From contig OZ242220.1 of NCBI GenBank assembly GCA_965206745.1, positions 1,408,001-1,472,000 on the forward strand: 64,000 nucleotides of DNA. The letters run 5' to 3'. The position numbers and the translations under genes are program-made. The notes below the pieces were generated by a model. That model searched no databases. It was not told where the DNA came from and was given only the letters and a program-made list of their open reading frames with translations. Source of the stretch: Nitrosopumilus sp. (GTDB lineage Archaea; Thermoproteota; Nitrososphaeria; Nitrososphaerales; Nitrosopumilaceae). Positions 39,233 through 49,786 of the stretch are shown one piece after another; the first letter of the stretch is position 1; each line of letters begins with the position of its first letter.

Positions 39233-40306
39233 GAGCAGTCTTGCACCGTCAGTGACTACTGCCACCTTTTGGCGTGTACCCTGTGTCTTTAGGATGTAAT
39301 CCATGGAATACTTTATTCCCTGCATCGGGATCATGCCAAGCTTCTTGGCATAAAATTCAGGCAGTATTGAGACCAGGGCTATCTGAAAATTCTTTTGTAT
39401 CTCCGAGAGGAACAGCAGATTCTCCATCCCGTCAACGTATCTGCTAGGATTTCGCAGCTGCTCCAGAGTCAGTCTTCCCTCAATGTATTGTTGCAGTGCA
39501 TCATAGCCCAAGCCCCCTTTGCATTCGGCAACCAGGATGGCAAGGCCGTCTCTTTTGACTGCGTTAGAGCAGTTCCAGAGCGAGGAGAAAGAGTTTCCCA
39601 GATTGTCATTGCTTGAGTCTTTTCCGGTGCTTATCACCATCGTCTTGTGCTGGCCGACATCCTTGATGGAGTTGGATTCCAGGATTTTAGTTGATGCTAC
39701 AGTCTCAGAAGGATGCCCCATGGCAAAATCTATGATCCCTTCAGAGTTTGCAACCAGCTCTATTGCCTGAATCTCAAAATTATCTGCAAATTTCTTGGCC
39801 TCAGTCAGGCTTTGGGGATACTGTCCCGGCGTGGGAAGGTTCCCCTGCCTTTTTGCATATGCCGAAAGCATTGACTCCTGACCAAACCTTTTGATGAGGC
39901 GGGTGGAGACTGTCTCATATCCAAACAGACCATCAAACTCCGTCTCGCCTATGAAGACCAGGTTTGAGTTTGAAATTCCAACATCATCAAACTCGTTAAT
40001 TGAGCTGCCTTCTGGCAGTCCTGACTTTACCAAATTTAGGATCTTTTTGTCAGCCAGTATCTTAGGAAACGGCTTTGACTTTTGCTCACACAGGGTAAAC
40101 AATGAGGAGATTATCTTCAGGACGGATTTTGAATTGTGCATCACCACGAGTTCCATCGGCTTTGATAAATCAAGGGTGCCTAGTCTCTCATTTATCGCCG
40201 AGTCATCCAGGGTTTTGCCCTCAGAGTCAATCTTTTGCTCCAAGTTTTCTGCCTTTATGTCCAAAACAACGTCTGTTATTCCATAATTTAACCAAATTTC
40301 AGGCAT
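39224..40306 (-). CDS. Divergent LarA (lactate racemase)-like protein
   Basis: N-terminal WLNYG, AVKRDGLAILVAECKGGLG and C-terminal KVAVVTDGARLL resemble the LarA family. Confidence 0.55.
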   Translation of the reverse strand: MPEIWLNYGITDVVLDIKAENLEQKIDSEGKTLDDSAINERLGTLDLSKPMELVVMHNSKSVLKIISSLFTLCEQKSKPFPKILADKKILNLVKSGLPEGSSINEFDDVGISNSNLVFIGETEFDGLFGYETVSTRLIKRFGQESMLSAYAKRQGNLPTPGQYPQSLTEAKKFADNFEIQAIELVANSEGIIDFAMGHPSETVASTKILESNSIKDVGQHKTMVISTGKDSSNDNLGNSFSSLWNCSNAVKRDGLAILVAECKGGLGYDALQQYIEGRLTLEQLRNPSRYVDGMENLLFLSEIQKNFQIALVSILPEFYAKKLGMIPMQGIKYSMDYILKTQGTRQKVAVVTDGARLLLR

Positions 40307-40356
40307 GACTATTACACAACACAAAACAAAATAAATCAAGTGTAGTTAAATCTTGT

Positions 40357-40962
40357 GTGGAATTTGTAAAAGAGTTTGCAGTCTTTTTGCACCAAAAGGG
40401 CATCATAAAGTTCGGGAACTTTACGCTGTCCAGCGGAAAGCAGAGCTCGTACTATGTTGACCTGAGACTGGTCCCAAGCTATCCCCACGAGTTTAGAAGA
40501 ATGGTAAAGCACCTTGAAGGTGAGATCGTAAAAGACATCGGACTGGAGAATTTTGACTCAATCGTCTCAGTTCCCACAGGAGGCTTGGTAGTTGCATCTG
40601 CACTGGCAATTGAGACAGTCAAGCCGCTAATCTACGTGAGGAGCAGGCCAAAAAATTATGGGACATCAAAATCAGTCGAAGGGAAAATTCATGACGAGAT
40701 GAAAGTTGTGATGGTAGACGATGTTGCCACCACAGGCGGCTCCATGCTCAATGCGGTGAAATCCTTGAGGGATGCAAACATCTCAATTCAGGATGCATAC
40801 GTCATCGTGAATAGAATGGAGGGGGCAGATGAGGCACTATCCGAATTGGGAGTCAGGATGCATTCAGTTTTGAATATCCTACAAATTGCAGAGACTCTCT
40901 TTGAGCAGAAACTCATTGATGCCGGTACCCTAGGGAAGGTAAAGATGCAGATTAGCAAGTGA
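40357..40962 (+). CDS. pyrE: Orotate phosphoribosyltransferase
   Basis: FTLSSGKQSSYYVDLR, VDDVATTGGS. Confidence 0.95.
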   Translation: MEFVKEFAVFLHQKGIIKFGNFTLSSGKQSSYYVDLRLVPSYPHEFRRMVKHLEGEIVKDIGLENFDSIVSVPTGGLVVASALAIETVKPLIYVRSRPKNYGTSKSVEGKIHDEMKVVMVDDVATTGGSMLNAVKSLRDANISIQDAYVIVNRMEGADEALSELGVRMHSVLNILQIAETLFEQKLIDAGTLGKVKMQISK

Positions 40963-41170
40963 GTTTTGGCAGCTCAGTCAAATGCCTTCCAATCATCAAT
41001 TCAGATATAACTCTGATTCTTCATTGCAGCCAGCTAATTTCCAATCTGCTCATTTTAAAACTAATGGGTATTTCCTGCCAGATAGTTTCATCTTGTACCA
41101 GAAATCGAGGCTTTATTGCCCATTCCAAATGGCGCAACTGCAATTTGATAAAAAAATAGATGAAGAAGAT

Positions 41171-41665
41171 CTAGGCAGAATCTAGATCATCTGTCGGCGT
41201 ATTTATCACCTTGAAGATTTTGACAACATAATCGCCTTCAAAGAAATGGGTGACACTGCCCTCATCTATGGATAGCACGCGGAACTTGTATTCAAAAGAG
41301 TCATCACCTTTCAAATCTACCTGTGCAACATGGATGGGATCCTCCTGAATCGACTTGAAGAACTGGATGATTACAGGATATCCCTGGGATGGATCATCGA
41401 TTTTGCCGTTGACAGTACCCCATGGCATCATGTTGTTCTCAGGGATGCTCATCAAGGTAACTGTTTTTTGAAGACTTGTCTCATCATCTAATTTCAGCAC
41501 GGTGGTTTCGTATTCTTCTGCAAACGCTGGCACGTCGAACAAAACAACAGACATGCTCAACATCATTGCAAAAAAACACACAGTTGCCAAGGTCTTCGTC
41601 TCTCCCTTCTTGCAGGTTCCCAGAATATCTGAGGCAGAAATCACATTCATGATGATAAACCACAT
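41171..41665 (-). CDS. Hypothetical exported protein (true start probably downstream of 41665)
   Basis: Hydrophobic stretch ending PAFA, then a beta-rich domain. Confidence 0.7.
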   Translation of the reverse strand: MWFIIMNVISASDILGTCKKGETKTLATVCFFAMMLSMSVVLFDVPAFAEEYETTVLKLDDETSLQKTVTLMSIPENNMMPWGTVNGKIDDPSQGYPVIIQFFKSIQEDPIHVAQVDLKGDDSFEYKFRVLSIDEGSVTHFFEGDYVVKIFKVINTPTDDLDSA

Positions 41666-42164
41666 CCAAATATTCGATGGCCTCGTCTTGACTTGTTTCT
41701 AGGTGCAGTAAGATTGCCAGAGGGGGGGTTGTTCTGGCAAAAAGAGTCCAACGCATTAGAACCGTTTGTTTGTTCCATGTGATTCTGCTGCGAAGATGAA
41801 AATCCGCCCCTACAGAAAAATATATGTTCTGAAGGCCTCATCTGATCATCCCCTCAACATGATTTTGGCGATACGACTGTCCAATATGACAAACCATCAT
41901 GACACAAACCAGATGGTAGTCGGGGAGTATGCATTGTACAGGCATTCTTAATCTCTCTCCTCAAACAAAACCCAAGATAGGCCCATTAGATCATTAACAG
42001 AGATCTTGGAGGATTTTGTCTGTTGCAAGGGTTTTGACACTGCTTTTACAGGGTTGCTTGCAACCTGAGTTTCAGAAGGCGAGTGTTGCCAATTATGCAG
42101 GATTATCTGCTTCATGCAGAAACTGAGCCTAGGTTATATATAAGAAGAGATACCGTATAACGGC

Positions 42165-43019
42165 ATGCCTTTTGAAGATACAGCATATGGCAATTTGCAA
42201 AACTACAAACTGTATCTCCGCCCCAACATACATGCCCACTATGGATCACCAGGCCAAAAGAGATCGGCATTAAGCAAGCACCAGCAAAAGGTCCAAAATC
42301 TATTAAAAATAATGAGCAAGAACGAGTCAATGACGACGTGGGATTTGGCAAAGATATCCATGCCAAATGACACCTCGAAGCTGCGTGAACGCGAAAAGGA
42401 CTATAGAAGACTGCTGGTGGGCAGAAAGGACAAGGGAAAGCATTCAGATGGAATTTTGGATTTGGGGCTGGTAATAAAAGACGGCAAGAGTCTCAAGACA
42501 GGAATAGCCGACAAATACAGGCTGTCATTGTACGGTGTCTTGTACTGCATTGACGTGTTGAATCCCAGCGAGTTGGAGATTGACAGGATTGCAGAAAAAT
42601 ATTCCAAGGTACTGCCAAGGGTTTTTGGTAGATGGGAGTATCTCAAATCAAAGATAGGAGAAAAGGCATACGGAATCAAGTTGTTGGCAAACGGACTGCT
42701 TGCAGACAATCCCCAAATACGAGTGGGGTCGGGGATTCCATTTTATGAGCTGATGTCATATGTCCACATAAAATACCAAAGAAACTTTGAACATGTTTCA
42801 GAGGAGAAACTTGCAGAGCAGATGTCATACTGGTTTTATATCAACTTGCTATACCAGCCAGTCAAGAAGAGCCATACTGCTGGCACTGGAATCGATGGGT
42901 TGAACCACATATTTGAAAAAGATTCAGAGTTGAGGGGATGGTTTCAGAGTTTTTTTAAAGAGTCAAAAAAATACTATTACCAGAGATACAGCATCCTGAG
43001 GCAGTCAGGGGACAAATAG
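42165..43019 (+). CDS. Thaumarchaeal hypothetical protein, possible winged-helix
   Basis: 284 aa; MTTWDLAK...YRLSLYG pattern. Confidence 0.75.
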   Translation: MPFEDTAYGNLQNYKLYLRPNIHAHYGSPGQKRSALSKHQQKVQNLLKIMSKNESMTTWDLAKISMPNDTSKLREREKDYRRLLVGRKDKGKHSDGILDLGLVIKDGKSLKTGIADKYRLSLYGVLYCIDVLNPSELEIDRIAEKYSKVLPRVFGRWEYLKSKIGEKAYGIKLLANGLLADNPQIRVGSGIPFYELMSYVHIKYQRNFEHVSEEKLAEQMSYWFYINLLYQPVKKSHTAGTGIDGLNHIFEKDSELRGWFQSFFKESKKYYYQRYSILRQSGDK

Positions 43020-43021
43020 TC

Positions 43022-43393
43022 TCACGGATTCTTTGAGGCGATAATGTTGTTTAACTCGTCAAGATCAAAGGGCTTTGTGAGCAATCCGAACAGTCCCATG
43101 GATTCTGCCTTTTCGAACTCTTCATTATTGATGGCATAGGACGATGTGAATACTATCTTTGCATCAGGACTGTTGTTTTTTATCTTAAAGAATGCATCGT
43201 ATCCGTTCATTACGGGCATCTTTAGATCCATCAGGACGATATCAGGCATGGATTCATTGTATTTTTTGATGGCCTCCTCCCCGTTTTTGGCAGTAATGAC
43301 CTCGTAATCCTCATATTTTAGCATGTACTCTGTCGCCTCTAGAAACTGGGTATCATCGTCAACTAGCAGAATCTTGGGGTTTGACGACATCAT
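43022..43393 (-). CDS. Single-domain response regulator (CheY-like)
   Basis: ILLVDDD, LMDLKMP, KPF. Confidence 0.93.
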   Translation of the reverse strand: MMSSNPKILLVDDDTQFLEATEYMLKYEDYEVITAKNGEEAIKKYNESMPDIVLMDLKMPVMNGYDAFFKIKNNSPDAKIVFTSSYAINNEEFEKAESMGLFGLLTKPFDLDELNNIIASKNP

Positions 43394-43431
43394 TATCTCC
43401 TAAATTTGGTAGCCATCATCTAGTATAATAC

Positions 43432-45078
43432 TCATTTAGGCAGCCTGATTGAAAAGACGACGGGGTCAGTAGCTGCACGTATGGTTCCCTTGTGCTGCTC
43501 TACGATGTTTTTACAGCTGGAAAGGCCGAGTCCCGTACCCTCAAGTTTGGTGGTAAACAGCGTATCAAAGACATGCCTCAAGTCTTTTGCAGGTATGTTG
43601 GGACCGGAATTTTCAAACTCGATTTTGGCCTCAGATGAGGTCTCAAGCAGGTCAACTGTGACGTATCCTTCATTTTTCCCAATAGACTGAATCGCGTTTA
43701 AGAGTATGTTCACAAATACTATCAGCATCTTGTCATGATCGAGCTTTATCACTATGTCATTTTTTGGCATGTTGATTTTGATGTTTGGCAGGACATCTAG
43801 CGTATCTACTGCCTCCTGGAGAATCTGGCTTATGGAGTGCGATTTTAGCACCATCGGCGTTGTTCTTACATAGTTTAGCACCTCCTCAATCTGATGGGAG
43901 ATGCGTCGGACAGAGAGGTTAATGCGGTCTATCTCCCTTGAGATTATCCCGTTTTTGTCCCTGTTCTCCTTCTGAATTATCACTCCCGCATTTTTGATTG
44001 TTCCCAGCGGATTGCGTATGTCATGGGCGATGTTGGAGGAGAGCTGCCCGATGACTGTGAGCTTCTCCTTTTTGAAACTCTGCGTGCGTCTTAGCAAGAA
44101 CACCAGCAGAACAACGATGGTGGACATTAGCAGAAAGATTGTCTGGATCTTTGTAAAGAAGATTATCTCGTCAATCTCTTGATTTATGGACTGTATAGGG
44201 GTGACTACTCCAAACATGAATTCATTCTTGCCATTAATATTAATCGGGATTGCAGAATTGATTCTCTGGCCAATGCCGTCATCCAAGGTGAAAATTACGG
44301 TGTCCAGATCACCTTGCAGGACATACGAGATGTGATCATTTAGCAGCTGGTTGCTTTTGATGTCTCTTTGTATCTCCTCCTCAAAGAAATTCTTTCCCAC
44401 GTTCTCCATGTTTGGGTGAATAAGCAGCACGCTGTTTTCGTCCATGACCATCAAGAATTGCGATTCGATATCATAGATGTTTCCATGCCGCTTGAAGAAT
44501 TCACTGGATGGGAATATTACAAGCAATAGTCCCTTAAAGGCGTCTGTCTGTCTGTCAGTTACTGGGAATGTTATTGCAATTTCTGGCTCATCAAAGAGGG
44601 ATGTGTTAATTGATATTATCTTTGACTCTGATTTTATCCCGTCCTCTTCAGAATCAAGCAGTTCAGGCAATCCTTTGACGGTGGCCCCGACAAAGGAGGT
44701 GCTCTGTTTGCTGGCCTGCGAGAGGACCTTAAAGTTCTCATCGAGGGCAAGAATTTGTGCAGTCGGCGAGATCAGATTCAGGCGGTCAAAGGTTTGCTCT
44801 ATTAGGAGGTTTGACTCCCGTGTACCAAGATCAGCCTGCAGTTCGTCAAATTCTGCAAGAAGGGTCAGCTCAAATACAATTAGTTCCAGTTCAGAGGCAA
44901 TGTTTTTGGATATTGACTTTGTAATGATCTCTTGAATTTGAATTTGGTTTTTAATGATCGTGTTTTTGATGCTCTCCTCCTCAATGCTGTAAATTACAAC
45001 TGTGGCAATCATCAGCAAGATGATTATTGCAAAAGTTATTGCATGCCATGCAAATTTTTTCTTGTTTTGGGATGACAA
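43432..45078 (-). CDS. Membrane sensor histidine kinase with Cache-like domain
   Basis: Two TMs, AHDIRNPL, NILLNAIQ, FTTK..GTGLGL. Confidence 0.93.
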   Translation of the reverse strand: MSSQNKKKFAWHAITFAIIILLMIATVVIYSIEEESIKNTIIKNQIQIQEIITKSISKNIASELELIVFELTLLAEFDELQADLGTRESNLLIEQTFDRLNLISPTAQILALDENFKVLSQASKQSTSFVGATVKGLPELLDSEEDGIKSESKIISINTSLFDEPEIAITFPVTDRQTDAFKGLLLVIFPSSEFFKRHGNIYDIESQFLMVMDENSVLLIHPNMENVGKNFFEEEIQRDIKSNQLLNDHISYVLQGDLDTVIFTLDDGIGQRINSAIPININGKNEFMFGVVTPIQSINQEIDEIIFFTKIQTIFLLMSTIVVLLVFLLRRTQSFKKEKLTVIGQLSSNIAHDIRNPLGTIKNAGVIIQKENRDKNGIISREIDRINLSVRRISHQIEEVLNYVRTTPMVLKSHSISQILQEAVDTLDVLPNIKINMPKNDIVIKLDHDKMLIVFVNILLNAIQSIGKNEGYVTVDLLETSSEAKIEFENSGPNIPAKDLRHVFDTLFTTKLEGTGLGLSSCKNIVEQHKGTIRAATDPVVFSIRLPK

Positions 45079-45125
45079 TTAGAATCAGATCACTTTATCA
45101 GGTTGGGATTCATAAAGGATTCTAC

Positions 45126-45152
45126 TTTTGAGCCTGGTTTGATGCGTTTTGG
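45126..45152. repeat. 27-bp imperfect direct repeat, copy 1
   Basis: TTTTGAGCCTGGTTTGATGCGTTTTGG; 24/27 identical to 48778-48804. Confidence 0.75.
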
Positions 45153-45640
45153 GGTGTTCCTCTGCCAACTCACTGGCATGGAAACAAGAAAAACAGCAGA
45201 GACGTCAAAAAAGAAAGGATGATCAAACCGAACCAGAGCACATAGGGGACTCGGGTCAAAAGTAGAGATCTCTTCTAGTTACTACGCCATATATTCAACC
45301 GTAGTTGAATCCCATAGGCTAACGGGTTAAAGCCAGGTGGTGCCATGGGCTCATCTGATTATGGCCATATTCACAACTGCCTTGTAGCATGTTCTATTCA
45401 TTCAGATGATTTGCATGTAGTCCAGACCGTACTTTCTGAGATATGCCTGTTAGTGCATGCAAGCATGAATGATCCTATCTTCTTTGATTCAGATCTGTCA
45501 ATGTGAATCTATAAAGATGATCCAGACAGTAACTGGCAACCACCGCAGTTAATTTTCTGGGTATCGTTTTGCTACAAATAGGGAATATGCCTGCCAGAGT
45601 CATCAAGATATAACCCCGAATCGTGACTTGGACGTATCTA

Positions 45641-48613
45641 TCAGCAGACAGTGGTCATGTTGTATGCACGTATCAGATCCAGTGTATCGACATACATATC
45701 TGCAGACTCGTCAAGTGACTCTACGACTTCGCATACCTGTGCCTGGTTGTATTGTGATATTTGCAAGGAGAGTTCTTGGAGTGGTGTCAGCTGTATATCT
45801 GCCTCACCGCTGATATTTCTAGATGGAGGAGGATCCACACCGAGATAAAAGTTGTCAAAGGACACTTCCTGATGCCAGTTTGTAGACCAGTTATCATTTA
45901 ATTTCAGTCGTATCGTAATACTATCTTGTACTAATACGTGCCGAGGAATATGGACAATTGATGTCTTCCATCCCGAATCCACTGTACCGCCTACAGTCTC
46001 ACTTGCGTAATGCCTAACGCCATTTGCATCTATTATATTATACCCAGCATTAGTTATGGATGAATAATCAGTCAATGATTTTGCTCTGGAATCAAAGCTG
46101 AGGAATAGCTGATCATCTGGATCATGGTTCTCAAGGGAGATATCCATAGTAATTCCGGCAAGGGTTCCATACCCATCACCTCTGATCAGGGCAGATGGTG
46201 CAGGATTGCCGTCAGTTGTAGAGAGTTCAAGTGTGTAATTGTTGAAGAATATGGGGTTGTTAGGAAAGTATACTAGGTTGTCAAACTCCCAGGAATCAAG
46301 ATTTGTAAAGTCATCAGTTATGGTTTCAAATATAGGAACATCAACTGTTATTGAAAATGAGTCCTGTACAAAGTTGTTGTTTGCATCAATGGCAAGGCAT
46401 GTGACTAGCGTGATGCCGACAGGGAACAAAGCTCCTGAATCACTATCACACAATATGGTTACTGGAAAGATGTCTGTCACAGTAGGAGTTTCAAACTCTA
46501 CAGGAATATTATTTGCAGATATCACGGTGATATCCTCTTGAAAACTGGTAAAGACAGGCTTTGTCGTATCCTGAATCCTCACAGTCTGGGCATCATTAAT
46601 AGTATTATCTGAATCATCAGTAGCAGTCCATGTAATAATAGTCGAGCCTACTGGGAAGGAGTCAGGGGCATCATTTGTAACTGTAACATCAGAATCTGCA
46701 ATGTCACTGGCAGTAGCACTGCCGATATCCACGATGGTTAGTATATCTGTAGCCTCTGTAATTATGCTGTTGGGAACTGTAATGGTTGGATTTGTCGTAT
46801 CCCGAACTGTAACTGTCTGTACTGCAGTTACCTCATTGTCTGCATTATCCTTGGCAGTCCACTTGACTAGAGTCTCACCTAATGGGAAGAAGTCAGGTGC
46901 ATCATTTGTTGCAGTTAAGGTGTCAATATTGTCGGTAACTGTGGCAGTTCCTATATCCACTGGAGTCAGCACGCCTGTGGCCTCTACCGTAATGTCTGAT
47001 GGTAGAATAAGCATGGGTTCTGTCGTATCCTGTACCGTTACTCTCTGGGTATCGGTTGCATAATTGCCAATGTAATCAGTTGCAGTGTATGTTATAATGG
47101 TGATGCCGATTGGAAACGAGGTCGGGGCATCGCTGGTAATAGTTGGCATTGCATCTACTGTATCTGTTGCAGTTGCCACGCCAAGTTGAATCATGGATAT
47201 TAGACTGGTAGCCTCATGTATGATATCATCTGGTGGTGTAATTACAGGAGCAGTCGTATCCTGTATGGTGATAATTTGCGTATCATTTGCCATATCACCT
47301 TTGTCGTCCTGGGCAGTCCATGTTATGACAGTACTGCCAAGTGGAAACAAGTCCGGTGCATCATTTGTGATTGCAGCATCCCGATTAATAGAGGCAGTAC
47401 CCAGATCAACTAGGGTCAGCTCCCCTGTGGCCTCCAGAGTCAGGTCATCAGGGGCGATAATCTCCAAGGGTATGAATCGGTTTAGCGTTACATCAAATGA
47501 GGCACTTGCCGTGTTGCCTACCGAATCTCGGGATATGCAAGTTACAGTGGTGGTACCAAATGGATAAACCACCCTTCTTGGCGGATCACATATTACTGGA
47601 ACTGTGCCGTCCACATTATCAACTGCAGTAGGCAGGGTAAAGGTGACAATTGATGGGCGGGGGACATCCAATATTATGTCTTGAGGTACGTTTGAGATTA
47701 CAGGCTTTACATCATCCCGTATCTTTGCAATTAGCTGTATCGCATCAATCTGGATGATACTATTGTCATTCTCAAGTATTGGCATGAATCTAAAGAAAAA
47801 TTCATCTCCTGCAAATTCGTCAAAGTTTATTGTAACTGGAAACCATTGCTCATATACTGACTCACCCACAGTTACCATGTGATGGTCCTCCCAGTCATCA
47901 GCAGTTCGGGCCTGAACCATTACGACTTCGGTATTCAACGAGTCCGTATCTAAAATCTGATCTCCAAACCAGACCCAGAAGACAAGGTCTGCACCATCAT
48001 ATGTGGACAGTTTGATTTCATCTGCTACTTGTAACGAACAGGAGCCGTCACACTCTCCAATGCTGATAACACGGTTGTTGGTATCGGCAAGCAGTGTATC
48101 CACTGGACTCTCAATGCTCCACTGGCCATCAGGCGTCCATCCGTCGGTATTATCCCACTGTTGCTCAAAGAGTACAGTCTCTACAAATCCAGAGGGTGAT
48201 TCTGGTGGAGGTAGGACTATTGAGGGCTTGACTGTCAATGTCACTGGGACATCAATGGTTTCTGTGGCACTATCTTGTCCATCAGTGACGTGAACTGAGA
48301 ATGACATAGTGACAGTCTGCTCCATCACTGCAAAAGGTATTCTAAAAGAGGTTGTTGCCTTTTCTGCATTTTGCAGTCTTACTGCAGGAGCTTCGTCATA
48401 TATCTGAGACCATGAAAAGCCTATAGAATTATCATCAGCGTTTGCACTAGCAGTCAATGTTACTATGTCATCACTCTGGAAACTTTGGCTGACAGGTGCA
48501 ATTGAGACACTCAGGTCTGCATCTGAACTATCAGGTGTTGCCACCTGTGCCTCAGAGAGGCCGACTGGAACTAGCATGAGGGTAAATAATAAGAGAAAAG
48601 GGGTTTTATTCAT
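45641..48613 (-). CDS. Secreted HYR-repeat surface protein / putative adhesin
   Basis: Signal peptide, PKD-like domain and about six HYR-like repeats (DTTxP...FPxGxTxxTxTAxD) between beta-rich domains. Confidence 0.88.
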   Translation of the reverse strand: MNKTPFLLLFTLMLVPVGLSEAQVATPDSSDADLSVSIAPVSQSFQSDDIVTLTASANADDNSIGFSWSQIYDEAPAVRLQNAEKATTSFRIPFAVMEQTVTMSFSVHVTDGQDSATETIDVPVTLTVKPSIVLPPPESPSGFVETVLFEQQWDNTDGWTPDGQWSIESPVDTLLADTNNRVISIGECDGSCSLQVADEIKLSTYDGADLVFWVWFGDQILDTDSLNTEVVMVQARTADDWEDHHMVTVGESVYEQWFPVTINFDEFAGDEFFFRFMPILENDNSIIQIDAIQLIAKIRDDVKPVISNVPQDIILDVPRPSIVTFTLPTAVDNVDGTVPVICDPPRRVVYPFGTTTVTCISRDSVGNTASASFDVTLNRFIPLEIIAPDDLTLEATGELTLVDLGTASINRDAAITNDAPDLFPLGSTVITWTAQDDKGDMANDTQIITIQDTTAPVITPPDDIIHEATSLISMIQLGVATATDTVDAMPTITSDAPTSFPIGITIITYTATDYIGNYATDTQRVTVQDTTEPMLILPSDITVEATGVLTPVDIGTATVTDNIDTLTATNDAPDFFPLGETLVKWTAKDNADNEVTAVQTVTVRDTTNPTITVPNSIITEATDILTIVDIGSATASDIADSDVTVTNDAPDSFPVGSTIITWTATDDSDNTINDAQTVRIQDTTKPVFTSFQEDITVISANNIPVEFETPTVTDIFPVTILCDSDSGALFPVGITLVTCLAIDANNNFVQDSFSITVDVPIFETITDDFTNLDSWEFDNLVYFPNNPIFFNNYTLELSTTDGNPAPSALIRGDGYGTLAGITMDISLENHDPDDQLFLSFDSRAKSLTDYSSITNAGYNIIDANGVRHYASETVGGTVDSGWKTSIVHIPRHVLVQDSITIRLKLNDNWSTNWHQEVSFDNFYLGVDPPPSRNISGEADIQLTPLQELSLQISQYNQAQVCEVVESLDESADMYVDTLDLIRAYNMTTVC

Positions 48614-48777
48614 TGATCAACTTGGATGGTGTGGTATATACATAGTTCTAATCAGCTGCGATCTGCAAATTATTTGGATAAAATGTGAAATAATTACAAA
48701 ACATAGTGCAATTTATTGAATTTTTCAACCCACATTTGTTGCGCAGATGATGTAGTTAAAAGGTAGGTGATCTCATA

Positions 48778-48804
48778 TTTTGAGTTTGGTTTGATGTGTT
48801 TTGG
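48778..48804. repeat. 27-bp imperfect direct repeat, copy 2
   Basis: TTTTGAGTTTGGTTTGATGTGTTTTGG, overlapping a GAGTC-N7-GACTC hairpin followed by A8. Confidence 0.75.
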
Positions 48805-49480
48805 AGTCGACTTTGGACTCAAAAAAAATTAATGGTCCAAAGATCTGCCTTCACCATCAGAGACTTGTATGAATGATATCTTGGGTTATCATGGATAATC
48901 TCATAACGGATCATGTGAACTTGAAGAGGAATCAACGAGTATAACTATGTCAATATCAGATCTAGCAGTGAGTTTTGTTGATGATTATAAGCAAGTTAAT
49001 AATCATCTTTTTTAAAATAACAACATGAAAAAGATAGTCACAATTCTCATATGTTTGACCATACCAATCCAGATACCCATGATATCTGGAATAGTGCATT
49101 ATGGAGCTCCGTTCTGTTATTGGGGTGTTCCTCCGTGGGGGATATTGCAATAACAATGTATCTATGTTCTTGAGAAATAGATGCTTTTTTTAAATCACTT
49201 TTAGTTTTACGGGTAATCATAATAACACTGCCTGTAATGTTGGCAGTTTTCCTAATCCATCATGTAAAAAACCATAGAATCAGAGTTTGAGATCCTTTCC
49301 AGTTTTAGATGATTTGTCATACAAAATATGGACCTTCAAATCATACGAGTCATTTCACAACAAGATCACTGATCAGCGATGTGCCTGAAGAAAATTCCAG
49401 GTGTGGAATTTGAATCAAAGTTATCCGTATTTGGTACCCAACACAAGGACTCCATTACAAGATATCTTCAGATAACATCA

Positions 49481-49786
49481 TCAGATAAAGTTGAAGAGAA
49501 TAGTAGGATACTCGATCCCATGTACAATCATAAAATACAGTCTTAAAATTATGGGAAACAAGGCAAAGGGGATTGGAATTAGGATGAATTTGCGGTCTTT
49601 GCTAGAATAATAGAGATACCAAGATACGATCATTGCAACTATTCCAAAGATGACAGCAATCACAATCGTATAGAGACCCGTTTGTGGCGGATCTGAGAAA
49701 AACAGAGAGGCACTATACTGTGAATTTGATAGTATGAATCCAAAAATGGATATTCCCACAGGTATGAGAAGAGATGCGCGCATCAA
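49481..49786 (-). CDS. Hypothetical three-TM membrane protein
   Basis: 101-aa hydrophobic ORF. Confidence 0.65.
   Translation of the reverse strand: MMRASLLIPVGISIFGFILSNSQYSASLFFSDPPQTGLYTIVIAVIFGIVAMIVSWYLYYSSKDRKFILIPIPFALFPIILRLYFMIVHGIEYPTILFNFI

Noticed and set aside
41714-41740. TTGCCAGA-N11-TCTGGCAA hairpin with a G7 tract
   Set aside because: Single 8-bp stem with no supporting context; could be chance.
45280-45380. Possible structured RNA (ATTCAAC..GTTGAAT hairpin)
   Set aside because: No tRNA, C/D-box, SRP or RNase P signature; better explained as decayed coding DNA.
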